This document shows positions 1 through 10,806 of a stretch of 64,000 bases of DNA, one piece after another. Each line of letters opens with the position of its first letter. Position 1 is the stretch's first letter. A model generated the notes under the pieces. That model was not told the DNA's origin and did not search any database. It saw only the letters and a program-made list of their open reading frames with translations. The translations under genes were made by a program, and so were the position numbers. The stretch spans positions 592,124 to 656,123 of the forward strand of contig NIVC01000356.1 in assembly GCA_002269645.1 (NCBI GenBank), given 5' to 3'. The DNA comes from Macrostomum lignano. Taxonomy: Eukaryota.

Positions 1-104
1 GGCGTTATCGCCGTCATCGGCGTCATTGGCGTCAGATGCAGCTGTTATATTCGAGAGGGTTGGCTGACAGACCTCGCGGCTCTGAGCAGAGTCAGCGGAG
101 TCTA

Positions 105-1067
105 TTATGACGACTGTTTTGGCCTTCGGCTTTGGCGGTTTCGGCTGCTTCCGCTGGGGAAGGGGGGAGGGGCGGAGCGCGTTGGGAGTTCCAGTCTCTG
201 CCGCGCAGTCGCAGTGCATTGCGTGAACGCCTGACTTAGACTGTCGGCAGTGCACTGCACCCCGGCGTTCGCGAGCCACACACGTACTGCAGCCAATTTT
301 CCCGGGTTTGCGGGTGAAGATGTGGCCTGATGCGCCTTGCGCCCGGACAGTGTGCAGCAGGCGAACTCCCTGTCCGTGAAGACGGCACGCAGGGCAGCTC
401 GGAGAACTGACAGCGTCACAGACTTTCGGAGTGCAGTAAGTTTTGCGTCCTCGCCATCCTGTTTGGCTGGCACTTTTTTGTAGGCTTCTAGCCGATCTTC
501 CGCATCGTGCCGCTTATTCAAAGCTACCTTAACGAAGCCCTGCTGCTCAGAGAATGGCACAAGAGAAGCAGCTGTTAGGTCAACGTTCGGCGTGGCGGCG
601 TCGCAGGCATCTTTCAGAGCGCGCGTCTGCGCTGCGGACAAGCTCTGCGTTACAGTGAAGGACATGGCGTCCTGCCTGGAATCGCTGGCGTCGCCGTCAT
701 CACCGCCATCGGCGTCATTGGTGTCAGATGCAGCTTTTGTACTCGAGCGGGCCGGCTGAGAGACTTCGCGGGCATTCTGGGAAAGCAGCTCTGACCCCTG
801 AATAAGCAGCGAGTTGCACTGCTGCATGCTGCTGACCAGCAGCACGTTACGATGCTGCTCGTCCTCCAGTTGGCGTAAAAGCGTCCGCTCCATACGATTC
901 GCGACACGAAGCTGCTCCGTTAATAGTCGGACGCTCTCTCGCTGATTCGTTTCTTCAACTGTGCTGTGCTGTAACTGGCTCCCTAGAAAAGTATGCGGTG
1001 GTTCAAACAAAGAAGGCACTATACCCGACCTGAAAGTGCAGAAGTAACGACCAACAATTGATGGCAC
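105..1067 (-). CDS. Transposon accessory protein, C-terminal part: coiled coil, low-complexity linker, probable BEN-like domain
   Basis: SVLRAALRAVFTDREFACCTLSG...PANPGKLAAVRVWL resembles the BEN pattern (L..vF...el...sl.G......Ld...l..i). Overlaps the 1019..1828 ORF in another frame, so probably one frameshifted or spliced gene. Confidence 0.55.
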   Translation of the reverse strand: MPSIVGRYFCTFRSGIVPSLFEPPHTFLGSQLQHSTVEETNQRESVRLLTEQLRVANRMERTLLRQLEDEQHRNVLLVSSMQQCNSLLIQGSELLSQNAREVSQPARSSTKAASDTNDADGGDDGDASDSRQDAMSFTVTQSLSAAQTRALKDACDAATPNVDLTAASLVPFSEQQGFVKVALNKRHDAEDRLEAYKKVPAKQDGEDAKLTALRKSVTLSVLRAALRAVFTDREFACCTLSGRKAHQATSSPANPGKLAAVRVWLANAGVQCTADSLSQAFTQCTATARQRLELPTRSAPPPFPSGSSRNRQSRRPKQSS

Positions 1068-1828
1068 TCACGCAGGGTGTCTATAAGCGACGACTGTCGC
1101 TCGTTCTCTATAGCAAACGTCCGGCAGGATGCACAGGCACGTGGAAGTTCCGATGGCTGAGCGTGTACGTTTCCTAGGACCGCTGTGCCTGTCGCGATGC
1201 TTCTGGAAGCGAACGGCCCACGTACTAGTGTCCCGAGCCATTTTTTCGCGGCCGTCCTGTTCGCCTTAGCGACGACAATTAAGACTTCGCTGCCGACATC
1301 GACGTTACTCGGCGACTCGCGTTTGCGTCCCACAATGTCATCGCGCGTGCTGACAACGTCTGTTTTTTCGAAATAGTTGGAGTACTTAAAAATAAAGAAT
1401 CGCGGTACCGCTTCACGTTCGTAGGGCACCATGTCATGCTGTATGAAAACGTCATTCCGTTGGGTGCCCTCTGCGACAGCAGACGAAGAAGGGCCCGAAG
1501 TCTGTGCAACAGACATGGTGTCAGTATCTTCGATGGCTGACAATAGCGTATCCTGCAGTCGACGTGATTTCTCGGCAGTACGACCGAGAAATTGACTCAA
1601 TGACTCATCGTCATCAGTCACAGCTTTGCGCTTCTTTCCACCGGACTCACTCGACGGCGCCTTTGTTGGAGCTGATTTGGAGGTCGGCTTCGACTTCGAC
1701 TTTGAAGTGGACGTGGAATTTGATTTCGACTTGCCGACTACGGCAGTAGTCTTCTTTCCTGTGCCCATTAAAATTAGAGCAGCTGAAAAAGGTGAGTTTT
1801 TTGTGTCAATACTGTGTTCTGTGTTCAC
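1019..1828 (-). CDS. Transposon accessory protein, N-terminal part (K/S-rich, unknown function)
   Basis: 269-aa ORF; the likely true start is MGTGKK. Same strand as the transposase and continues by frame change into 105..1067. Confidence 0.5.
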   Translation of the reverse strand: MNTEHSIDTKNSPFSAALILMGTGKKTTAVVGKSKSNSTSTSKSKSKPTSKSAPTKAPSSESGGKKRKAVTDDDESLSQFLGRTAEKSRRLQDTLLSAIEDTDTMSVAQTSGPSSSAVAEGTQRNDVFIQHDMVPYEREAVPRFFIFKYSNYFEKTDVVSTRDDIVGRKRESPSNVDVGSEVLIVVAKANRTAAKKWLGTLVRGPFASRSIATGTAVLGNVHAQPSELPRACASCRTFAIENERQSSLIDTLRECHQLLVVTSALSGRV

Positions 1829-2017
1829 ATGGGTGAAATGTAATTGTACTCGTACGTTACTTTAACTAGGCCTGGACTCAAGAGTAACAATTAAGGTTGA
1901 GGTTGAAGATTGAGGTTTCCTCCTCAATCAAAAAGTTCGTACAAATTGAGCCGGCAACAAGGCCTTGTGTATTTATCAGCATATGCTGGTATACATACAA
2001 ACGTACATGTCTAACGT

Positions 2018-2311
2018 CCATCATCTCAATGTCGTCATCATCTCAATTTCGTCATCATCTCAATGTCGTCATCATCTCAATGTCATCATCATCTCAATGT
2101 CGTCATCATCTCAATTTCGTCATCATCTCAATGTCGTCATCATCTCAATGTCATCATCATCTCAATGTCGTCATCATCTCAATTTCGTCATCATCTCAAT
2201 TTCGTCATCATCTCAATGTCGTCATCATCTCAATGTCGTCATCATCTCAATGTCATCATCATCTCAATGTCGTCATCATCTCAATGTCGTCATCATCTCA
2301 ATGTCATCAAT
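2018..2311. repeat. 17-bp tandem repeat (tcatcatctcaatgtcg)n
   Basis: Directly visible; explains several spurious ORFs. Confidence 0.95.
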
Positions 2312-2339
2312 CCATCAATTGAGGCAGTCTCCAGTCCAT

Positions 2340-3123
2340 CAATCGCAGTAGTCACTCGTATTCAGTGCGGGGTCTCGGTGACAGACCCCGAAGCGGCCTT
2401 CGACGCCGCTTCCTCACTTTCAATTGATCCAACGGTACGGGCGGTGGTGATGGCGGCATTTCGATCGCGAAGAAGTTTGGCGCTTGCACGATCCGCCTGT
2501 GTCGGTGGCGGCCGTGCAGCGCTAAGCGGCGTGCTCGGCTAGTCGGCGACAGCTCCGCGTACCATTAGGCGCAGTCCGGGCAAGTTTGCGCAGGTAGTAG
2601 GCGTCGCTCGTCCCAACGCCTCGACTCAAATGACGGTGGAGCAGCCGGTTGTAGTCCCACGTATACTTGGACTCAGCAGTGGCTCGCGCGCGGGTCGACG
2701 TTGGTGGCGGGCCGGGAGAGTGACCACCGATTGTGGTGTCGCTACCGTCATCGGAGTGACGTTGGCCTTGGGACCGTCATGCAGCGGCCAAGTAAAGGCT
2801 GTAGAAGCAGTAAGCAGAGACTGGGACGCAGCCTGAGTCGACGTTGGTGGCGGGCCGGGAGAGTGACCACCGATTGTGGTGTCGCTGCCGTCATCGGAGT
2901 CGACGTTAGCCTTGGGACCGTCATGCAGCGGCCAAGTAAAGGCTGTAGAAGCAGTAAGCAGAGACTGGGACGCAGCCTGAGTCGACGTTGGTGGCGGGCC
3001 GGGAGAGTGACCACCGATTGTGGTGTCGCTGCCGTCATCGCAGTCGACGTTGGCCCGGGCATCCCCGTCAGCGATCATTCGGTCGAAAAGTTTTGGCCAG
3101 TCAATTATGGGGCGATCCGACAT
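2340..3123 (-). pseudogene. Frameshifted accessory ORF with ~144-bp (48-aa) internal tandem duplication
   Basis: MSDRPIIDWPKLFDRM... start. Repeat units begin at 2694, 2837 and 2981; one is 1 nt short, which shifts the frame. Confidence 0.45.
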
Positions 3124-3288
3124 GATTTAAATCCAATGGGTTCAGTCTGAAAAGGGTTTAGAAATTTGATTATTTTTTTGCCAATCGTAAAGTAAGGAAA
3201 AAACGAAAGGAAAATACGTTTTATGCTGTCAATCAGTTATCCTAGCCTGTCAATCAGTTATCCCAGCCTGTCAATCAGTTATCCCATT

Positions 3289-3904
3289 CCCATAAGGTGA
3301 TTGTATTAAAAAAGTAATGTCCTTTAGCAGTGTCGGATGCATCCCCAACCCTAGCACACTAACCACTTTGAGACCCGAAAAATTTACTGTGCAGCTACTT
3401 TTACAAGTAGTTTCTTTTACATGTATCGGGAAAAATAAGACGTCGTTTTTGTTTTTACTAAAACAGGCAACAGGAATCACTAATGTGCAGGGCGTAATCT
3501 TAGCTGGCATGCAACCCAGAAAGCAGAAAATCGTTAAAAGCCATTTAAGTACAAGAAAATTTGTAGAATATTCAGCATTGTATTTGTTTAATACATTCCA
3601 TGAATGAAACATGTGGGAGAAAAATCACTATGCAAGACAAAAGTAGAACAGCAGTTGAATTGATTCCCAGAGTGATTCTTGTCCTAGAAACATCTGACTG
3701 CGCTGATTCCCTGTATTGACAGTTTCCTTCCTATAGGTGGGTTGATTCCTTTAGCTACATTTAGCTGATTCCTTAAGTGGAATCGTCATATTTAAGCTGA
3801 TTCCTAAATTGGCAGATTCCTTCCATTAAATTCGGCTGATTCTTTACCCGGAATCATCTGAAATATGTTGGTTCAGTTGATTCTCAACCGAATTTTTTGG
3901 CGGG
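3289..3904. mobile_element. Non-autonomous CCC...GGG element (CACTA/CMC-type MITE), 2-bp TSD TT
   Basis: The empty site is visible in the paralogous copy at 4297-4310 (ttatcccaTTgccacgg). The filled site reads ccaTT[cccataagg...ttggcggg]TTgccacgg. About nine tgattcc subterminal motifs lie at 3660-3885. Confidence 0.75.
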
Positions 3905-4172
3905 TTGCCACGGACGCCAGCAGACTTTGACCACCTATAAGAATATTCTTATTCTTATGCATATGAACGCAACAAAAAATGAAGTGAATATAGTATACAG
4001 AAGTAACACGTAAATAAGCTACATATGACTCATAAAGCATCTCATCCAGATGCTTCTGGAAACCGGGCTCAATTTTTTGGTTCAATTGCATCTACTATTA
4101 CGTGCATATATATACATTTTTACAAAATCGCAAACAATTAGAACGACTACTACAGTTTGTTAAAAAATATAA

Positions 4173-4321
4173 TAGAAATTTGATAATTTTTTTGCCAATC
4201 GTAAAGTAAGGAAAAAACGAAAGGAAAATACGTTTTATGCTGGCAATCAGTTATCCTAGCCTGTTAATCAGTTATCCCAGCCTGTCAATCAGTTATCCCA
4301 TTGCCACGGACGCCAGCAGAC
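4173..4321. repeat. ~150-bp direct repeat of 3160-3288 plus 3905-3926, just downstream of the transposase stop
   Basis: Near-identical agaaatttga...ttgccacggacgccagcagact in both places. Confidence 0.9.
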
Positions 4322-4322
4322 T

Positions 4323-6740
4323 CTACGAATAGCCCAACTGCGGATGGGCCAGCAGAGCTACTTTTGTGTCGGTGACGACACAAACGCCACGAAACTGTGG
4401 CAGCCCCACATGAATCGGGTCGCCGAGGTAGCTCAAGTCGCCGAAGGGATCGCATGCGAATACTCGGAAGTGCGCGAGTCGACAGCCTCGATTAGGTGAC
4501 GTTGTGGCAACCTGTGCTAGTTCCTCCAGCGGGTCGACGGCCGCGAGAACTGGCAGTACGAGCAGTCCGAGCCTAACCTGCTCACCTTGACATTCGATGG
4601 TTTGCACTCGGCAGAATCGGAAATCCGTCGTAGTGTCACCTTCGATGGCCACGAAGCCTGCCGCATCCTGACATCCGGGAGTGAAAATTCGTATTGTCCA
4701 ACCGGATTTCAGAGTGGCACTGTGCCATCCGACTTGCCAGCGTTTCGGTCGACGAAGCACGACATCTGGAAGGGTGAGTACTTCTGTTCGACGGAATAAT
4801 TCCTCTTCGTCTTGCTGATCCCCGTGCCCTATCAGTCGCGCTCGCGCTTGGATGGTGCCGATGTGGCGCTCCACGGCGCCAACCAGCTCGACGTCGGTGC
4901 GCCGCGTCCCATGCAGGCGTTTTTGCAGGCGCAAGTGCGTGCTTTCGAAAATTCCAGCCGATAGGCGGTGCGCAGAGCCGGCCAGATGGACGTATGTCAG
5001 CATGTGGCAGCACACCTGATGAGCATTATAGGTTAGTGCTCTTAAGGAGTACAACCTATACAGTTTGTCGTGGAAGTGGCGCAATGCAATCTCTACGTGC
5101 CGCAACTCAGACAGAGGCGCATAATCGGCAGTCATCCAGAACGCTGCAGCGGAAAGAAGTAACAGATGCTGGTAGTGGGCGGGTGGTAGGACGGCTTCCA
5201 AAACGAGGGGGTCGTAGGCCATCAGCCACATTTCAAACTCGTGCCCTCGGAAATTGCGGAGGTCACTCAGTGGACGCACTTCATGGCGTTGGACGTTGAT
5301 GGGCAGCCGGATGCGGAGCAGCGGCTCATCGACCTGACGTTGAAGCCGGTGCAGGTCCGGACAGTTAGTTTCTCCTCGGTCCGGCTTCTCGGCCTGCACC
5401 AGGAATAATTGGTACATTATCATCCGGACCAGACCTAGGTGCAGCTGGTGGAGGTAACACGGCGGACATCCGCGCATGAAGTCAAAGCCCGGGAGGCGTC
5501 CTAACGGAGAGTGGCCTCGGACACCCAATGTGTCTGTGTTCTGGTGCCGAGCACCTGCTAGGTGTTGCTCCACTAATCTGCGCGTATCTGCCATGCTCCG
5601 CAGGACAGTTTGCAGACAACCTAGACGTCGAGCAGCATTCTGCATTGCTGGCGTTAAGCCGACGTCGAAGACACGCCCAGAGCCTGAAGGATGAAGACGC
5701 GTAGCAATGTAGCACTTCTCGCAGCCGTAGATAGCCGTGCATCGTCGCATGCGGAGCGCATCTGCACGAGCCGGTGAGTCAAACATTGCTAGCAACGCAT
5801 GGAAGCGTATCGTACGCTGAACTCCATCAGCGTCAGTGTACGTTACGCCCCGGATGCGTAAAGAAATCAGCGCGTCGACGACCACCGGAAGGAAAGCCGC
5901 TGAACTCACTTTGGTCTTAGCAGCCCAGAGCCCACAGATTATGACATAGCGCAACTTGACATGATCGTGAACCTCGTTGATGCTTAAGTAGACAGGACAC
6001 ACCTCTACCTTGCTGGTTGACCGTGCTGGAAACCCATCAGAGCTCAGAGTATACGAGAGGTCGCTCTTAGCAACTAGGTTTATCGACTCCCGAAACTGTC
6101 TGTACAGGTGCAGACTGTTGTAGAAATGGATGGTGTCTTCGTGCGGATTGAAGTCGGAAGGAAAAGTCAAATTATGCAGCAGTCCACATGACTCTATGTA
6201 AGTTCGGATCTGCTTTCTAATGTTGAAAACCCAGAAGTTTGCGACTCTCATTGATCCGCAGTCACTGCAATGTCCACCGTTTTGACTGCAGTCTCCTCGG
6301 TAGTTTACGTAGCACTCGTTGCACACAGTGACGCATTTTGCGGAGCCGATGTAACTCTGGGCGGACTTTAGCGTCCGCCACATAGTTCTTGCAGTGCGCG
6401 GAATTCGACTTCCCGGAACCAGACAATGCACAAGACGTAGAAGTCTGGTTATTTTTTTACTTGGGATTCCAAGATCAATGGCGCAGTCGTTGATATGACA
6501 CACAGCTTCACCAATGGTGCCCGTGATGGGTTCGCCGTTGTGCCACGGTAGCTGTAGCCAGGGATCAAGAACTGGCTGTTCCTGGCCATCGCTGTCGCTG
6601 GAGTTAAGTGACTCAGCGTCACTGCCGTCACTGGAGTCTGTGGGAAACGCGCGATAGTTTTTCTGTATCAACGGATATCGGGGCGCCGCATTTTGCAGAT
6701 CCTCGATGCTACTCACCATGCTCGGAGGGCTCACTGTCAC
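4323..6740 (-). CDS. CACTA/CMC-family DDE transposase, apparently intact
   Basis: N-terminal CxxC...CxxC; LSSDGFP (D1); PVYLSINE; MFDSPARA (D2); YGCEKC; CYLHQLHLG (CxxH); GIFES (E). Confidence 0.88.
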   Translation of the reverse strand: MTVSPPSMVSSIEDLQNAAPRYPLIQKNYRAFPTDSSDGSDAESLNSSDSDGQEQPVLDPWLQLPWHNGEPITGTIGEAVCHINDCAIDLGIPSKKITRLLRLVHCLVPGSRIPRTARTMWRTLKSAQSYIGSAKCVTVCNECYVNYRGDCSQNGGHCSDCGSMRVANFWVFNIRKQIRTYIESCGLLHNLTFPSDFNPHEDTIHFYNSLHLYRQFRESINLVAKSDLSYTLSSDGFPARSTSKVEVCPVYLSINEVHDHVKLRYVIICGLWAAKTKVSSAAFLPVVVDALISLRIRGVTYTDADGVQRTIRFHALLAMFDSPARADALRMRRCTAIYGCEKCYIATRLHPSGSGRVFDVGLTPAMQNAARRLGCLQTVLRSMADTRRLVEQHLAGARHQNTDTLGVRGHSPLGRLPGFDFMRGCPPCYLHQLHLGLVRMIMYQLFLVQAEKPDRGETNCPDLHRLQRQVDEPLLRIRLPINVQRHEVRPLSDLRNFRGHEFEMWLMAYDPLVLEAVLPPAHYQHLLLLSAAAFWMTADYAPLSELRHVEIALRHFHDKLYRLYSLRALTYNAHQVCCHMLTYVHLAGSAHRLSAGIFESTHLRLQKRLHGTRRTDVELVGAVERHIGTIQARARLIGHGDQQDEEELFRRTEVLTLPDVVLRRPKRWQVGWHSATLKSGWTIRIFTPGCQDAAGFVAIEGDTTTDFRFCRVQTIECQGEQVRLGLLVLPVLAAVDPLEELAQVATTSPNRGCRLAHFRVFACDPFGDLSYLGDPIHVGLPQFRGVCVVTDTKVALLAHPQLGYS

Positions 6741-7667
6741 CGGTGTCTACGGACTCGGCACCTCTGAGAAGCTGCGACGATGCTGCGACGACAGTGCTAC
6801 TGCTGCGCGAAGTACTAGGTACAGCGCGACTAACCGGGGAACGCGGTCGGTCAGTCACTCAGCGCAGGCCGCGTCAATATTTTGTTGCAGTCGTCGCGCC
6901 CGCTGATAAAATCGTCTGTCGCGTCGTGATCGCTCCATTGTAATTATTTCAGGTTTCTTAATTACTAGCACTGGAAATTCATGGAACTTTATTAACAAAG
7001 GCTGCTACGTACGCTACGCCTAGCGGGCCAATTCAGGGATGGGACTTTGCTTATACATTTTTGTAAAAGAGGAAATCAACGTTAGAATTCCACAGTAGCA
7101 TGCAGCCTTCAGAAATGTGTGCGATGACAGCATTAAAATGACAATATTTTTATTCTCAGTTTACGCTCGTAATGTAACATACGAAGACGCTCATATGATA
7201 TATATAAAGATGAGCGGAAAAAATACTGCAAGAGAACAAAACAGGAGCACATTACAGGACATACAATTACAAGAAAATCTTCATGTCAATTGTCAATTAT
7301 ACAATGTGTCTCCCATACCATTTTCAACCCAATCCTGAATTAAAGGCTTTCATCAGCTCTTTTCTCCGGCTCTTGTCCGGTCGAAGAACCAGAGAAAGAA
7401 CCGGGCAAAATTCCAGGCGGAAATGTTATTTCATCCGCTTTTACTCCGGATTTCCCTGCGTAACTAAACTGGTTCCAAACCTGGCGAAGGACCGGGTAAA
7501 AAAACCAGAGCACTCGTACGGTTTTTCCTCCGGAATTTCGCCTGGTTTAGAAAGGCAGAGAAAAACCGGATAAATTCGCCTGGTTTATGTTCTTCGCCTG
7601 GAAATGGGGCAAAAAACATAGCAAGCCAGAGCAAAACCGGGCGAAAAACCTGATCGGATGGCCACAC

Positions 7668-8420
7668 GGGTGTGCTCAAATAGGTGAAAATTGATGTGCT
7701 CAAACAAGTGACAATGGGTGTGCTCAAACAGGTGACAATGGGTGTGCTCAAACAAGTGACAATGGGTGTGCTCAAACAGATGACAATGGGTGTGCTCAAA
7801 CAGGTTACAATCGGTGTGCTCAAAGAGGTTACAATCGGTGTGCTCAAACAGGTGACAATGGGTGTGCTCAAACAAGTGACAATGGGTGTGCTCAAACAGG
7901 TGACAATGGGTGTGCTCAAACAAGTGCCAATGGGTGTGTTCAAACAAGTGCCAATGGGTGTGCTCAAACAAGTGACACTGGGTGTGCTCAAACAGATGAC
8001 AATGGGTGTGCTCAAACAGGTTACAATCGGTGTGCTCAAACAGGTGACAATGGGTGTGCTCAAACAGGTGCCAATGGGTGTGCTCAAACAAGTGCCAATG
8101 GGTGTGTTCAAACAGGTGACAATGGGTGTGCTCAAACAAGTGCCAATGGGTGTGTTCAAACAAGTGCCAATGGGTGTGCTCAAACAAGTGACACTGGGTG
8201 TGCTCAAACAGATGACAATGGGTGTGCTCAAACAAGTAACAATGGGTGTGCTCAAACAAGTGACAATCGGTGTGCTCAAACAGGTGCCAATGGGTGTGCT
8301 CAAACAAGTGACAATGGGTGTGCTCAAACAGGTGACAATCGGTGTGCTCAAACAAGTGACAATGGGTGTGCTCAAACAAGTGACAATCGGTGTGCTCAAA
8401 CAAGTAACAATGGGTGTACT
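7668..8420. repeat. 24-bp tandem array (gggtgtgctcaaacaggtgacaat)n, ~31 copies
   Basis: Directly visible; gives VLKQVTMG-periodic spurious ORFs. Confidence 0.97.
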
Positions 8421-8458
8421 CAATCTCATTCAGCCGTGATCACGGAATTTATCCACAG

Positions 8459-8998
8459 GGCCAGTCGTTAATTTTCGACACGGACGAAGACGACCTGGAC
8501 GGTTTCGCGCACCCATCTGACTGTTTGACTGCGGGCAAGTGGGACACCGAGCTCGATGGCAAGTTCGCTGCGCAGCTGCCAGCCTCCGCAACTGCATCTA
8601 ATGATGCGGCAACAGACGACGCCACTCTGGCCAATCAGAGGCAGCCGGTCCTGGTGCGTAGCCTGCCAGCCGCCCTGGCCAACAGTCTCCGAGTTCGTCG
8701 CCTGCTGTCGGTCACCAGCTCCGGCCTGGCGCAGCTCACCGCCGCCTGCGCCGAGTCGCCTGTCTGTCAGGCCGCCTGCGACGCTCTGACCCGGCTGAGA
8801 CTGTCCGATTCTGAGCTGCGCAAACTGGCCGAGGCTAGCACCGCCTGTCTGACTGTCCGCTGCCCGCTGTCTGCCGCCTCCGCCGATATTGTCTGCGCTG
8901 ATGGCGATGATGTCGACTGTATTGTTGGCGCCACCGGGACCGCCGTGCGGGTACCCAGTCCGTCGAAAACTCTTCAGCTGGCTGCCATGATGCACCAG
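8459..8998 (+). CDS. Penultimate exon of a CEP192/SPD-2-like gene
   Basis: Phase-0 acceptor tccacag|GGC and donor CAG|gtgaga; open GC-rich frame that joins in phase to the 9745 exon. Confidence 0.65.
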
Positions 8999-9020
8999 GT
9001 GAGAATAGTTGGTTTTCGCG

Positions 9021-9520
9021 TGTCTCTAGATCTATTGTTGCGTCTCTAGATCTATTGGTTCGTCTCTAGATCTATTGGTTCGTCTCTAGATATTTTGGTT
9101 CGTCTCTAGATCTATTGTTGCGTCTCTAGATCTATTGGTTCGTCTCTAGATCTATTGGTTCGTCTCTAGATCTTTTGGTTCGTCTCTAGATCTATTGTTG
9201 CGTCTCTAGATCTATTGTTGCGTCTCTAGATCTTTTGGTTCGTCTCTAGATCTTTTGGTTCGTCTCTAGATCTTTTGGTTCGTCTGTAGATCTATTGGTG
9301 CGTCTCTAGATCTTTTGGTTCGTCTCTAGATCTTTTGGTTCGTCTGTAGATCTATTGGTGCGTCTCTAGATCTTTTGGTGCGTCTCTAGATCTTTTGGTT
9401 CGTCTCTATATAATTTAGTGCGTCTCTAGATCTATTGGTGCGTCTCTAGATCTATTGGTGCGTCTCTAGATCTTTTGATTCGTCTCTAAATCTATTCGTT
9501 CGTCTCTAGATCTATTCGTT
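9021..9520. repeat. Intronic 20-bp tandem repeat (cgtctctagatctattggtt)n
   Basis: Directly visible. Confidence 0.95.
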
Positions 9521-9744
9521 GCATTCAACGAATAAAAGGTATTTTTGGATTGCTTTTTGTAGGCCTTTTTTTGTCTTCAGATATTTGGCCATTTTTTACT
9601 TTGGATAGGTGTCTTTGGTCTCTAGATCTCTAAGGTGTGTCTCTAGATTTATCGAATAGTCCGTCACTAGAGCAGCTTACTTCTGCTACTAAAAGTACTA
9701 GATCATCTTGAATCATCACCCCATCTAATGCTCCTATCGCACAG

Positions 9745-10110
9745 CGCCACAGTTTGGTCTCGACCGCACCTTCCTTGGCCGCCTCTCACCGGTCCCGGTT
9801 CGAGCTGGCCACCAGCCGCCTGGAATTCCCGCAGCTGGCGCCCGGCCAAGAGGCCACGGAGAAAGTTCTGTGCGTCAACAAGAACCAGTTCGATTTGACC
9901 GTTCGAGTTTCTCAACAGCCTGAGGCGCCATTCCACCTGCGTAAACAGTCGCTGGCCAAGTTCACTTTGAATCAGCGCAACTCCGGCAATTATCCGTTCG
10001 TGTTCCGCCCACCGGCTCCCGGCGCCTACAGCTGCACCGTGGCCTTCGCCACCGGCGAGGGCGACTTTGTCAGCCTGCAGCTCACTGGCCGCTGCGTGGC
10101 GCCCAACTGA
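9745..10110 (+). CDS. CEP192: Last exon of a CEP192/SPD-2-like gene: C-terminal ASH/PapD-like Ig domain
   Basis: Acceptor gcacag|CGC. LEFPQLAPGQ..KVLCVN...PEAPFHLR...YPFVFRPPAPGAYSCTVAFATGEG..VSLQLTGR aligns by eye to the CEP192 C-terminal domain (F.pt.vGes..kv.l.N...P.ePFyvk...mPvqFkP...G.f...l.i.TdeG...i.L.G). Confidence 0.65.
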   Translation, partial: RHSLVSTAPSLAASHRSRFELATSRLEFPQLAPGQEATEKVLCVNKNQFDLTVRVSQQPEAPFHLRKQSLAKFTLNQRNSGNYPFVFRPPAPGAYSCTVAFATGEGDFVSLQLTGRCVAPN

Positions 10111-10117
10111 ACTGCAT

Positions 10118-10806
10118 TCCTCACCTTAGCTGACCTCCGCTCCGACACTATTGACCCTCACTGACCTTTGACCTTAGCTGACCTCCGCTCCAACACTTTT
10201 GACCCTCACTGACCTTTGACCTTAGCTGACCTCCGCTCCAACACTTTTGACCCTCACTGACCTTTGACCTTAGCTGACCTCCGCTCCAACACTTTTGACC
10301 CTCACTGACCTTTGACCTTAGCTGACCTCCGCTCCAACACTTTTGACCCTCACTGACCTTTGACTTAGCTGACCTCCGCTTCGACACTTTTGACCCTCAC
10401 TGACCTTTGACCTTAGCTGACCTCCGCTCCGACACTATTGACTTCCCACTGACCTTTGACCTTTGCTGACCTCCGCTCCGACACTATTGACTTCCCACTG
10501 GCCTTTGACCTTAGCTGACATCCGCTCTGACACTATTGACCCTCACTGACCTTTGACCTTTGCTGACCTCCGCTCCGACACTATTGACTTCCCACTGGCC
10601 TTTGACCTTAGCTGACCTCCGCTCCGACACTATTGACTTCCCACTGACCTTTGACCTTTGCTGACCTCCGCTCCGACATTGACCCCCACTGACCTTTGAC
10701 CTTAGTTGACCTCCACTCCGACACTATTGACTTCCCACTGGCCTTTGACCTTAGCTGACCTCTGCTCCGACACTATTGACCCCGACTGACCTCTGACCTC
10801 AGCTGA
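10118..10806. repeat. 48-bp tandem repeat starting just after the stop codon
   Basis: ctgacctttgaccttagctgacctccgctccaacacttttgaccctca units. Confidence 0.95.

Larger units (their letters stand above)
1..7670 (-). mobile_element. CACTA/CMC (EnSpm-like) DNA transposon; one end is beyond the window start
   Basis: Contains an 805-aa Transposase_21-like ORF and accessory ORFs on the same strand. A cluster of short direct/inverted subterminal motifs (ttcgcctgg, aaaaccgg) at 7360-7655 ends in ...GCCACACGGG (CCC terminus on -) at 7670. An alternative end is 8414 if the 24-bp array belongs to the element. Confidence 0.75.

Noticed and set aside
7668-8420. CRISPR-like look of the regular 20-49-bp arrays
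   Set aside because: Units are head-to-tail with no unique spacers, there are no cas genes, and the context is eukaryotic.
7464-8439. Long ORFs over tandem arrays (also 1897-2542, 12048-12850, 13513-13935, 25947-27868, 31263-33373, 36675-37193, 38960-39487, 55670-57022)
   Set aside because: They are translations of stop-free repeat units, open in several frames and strands, with no domain content.
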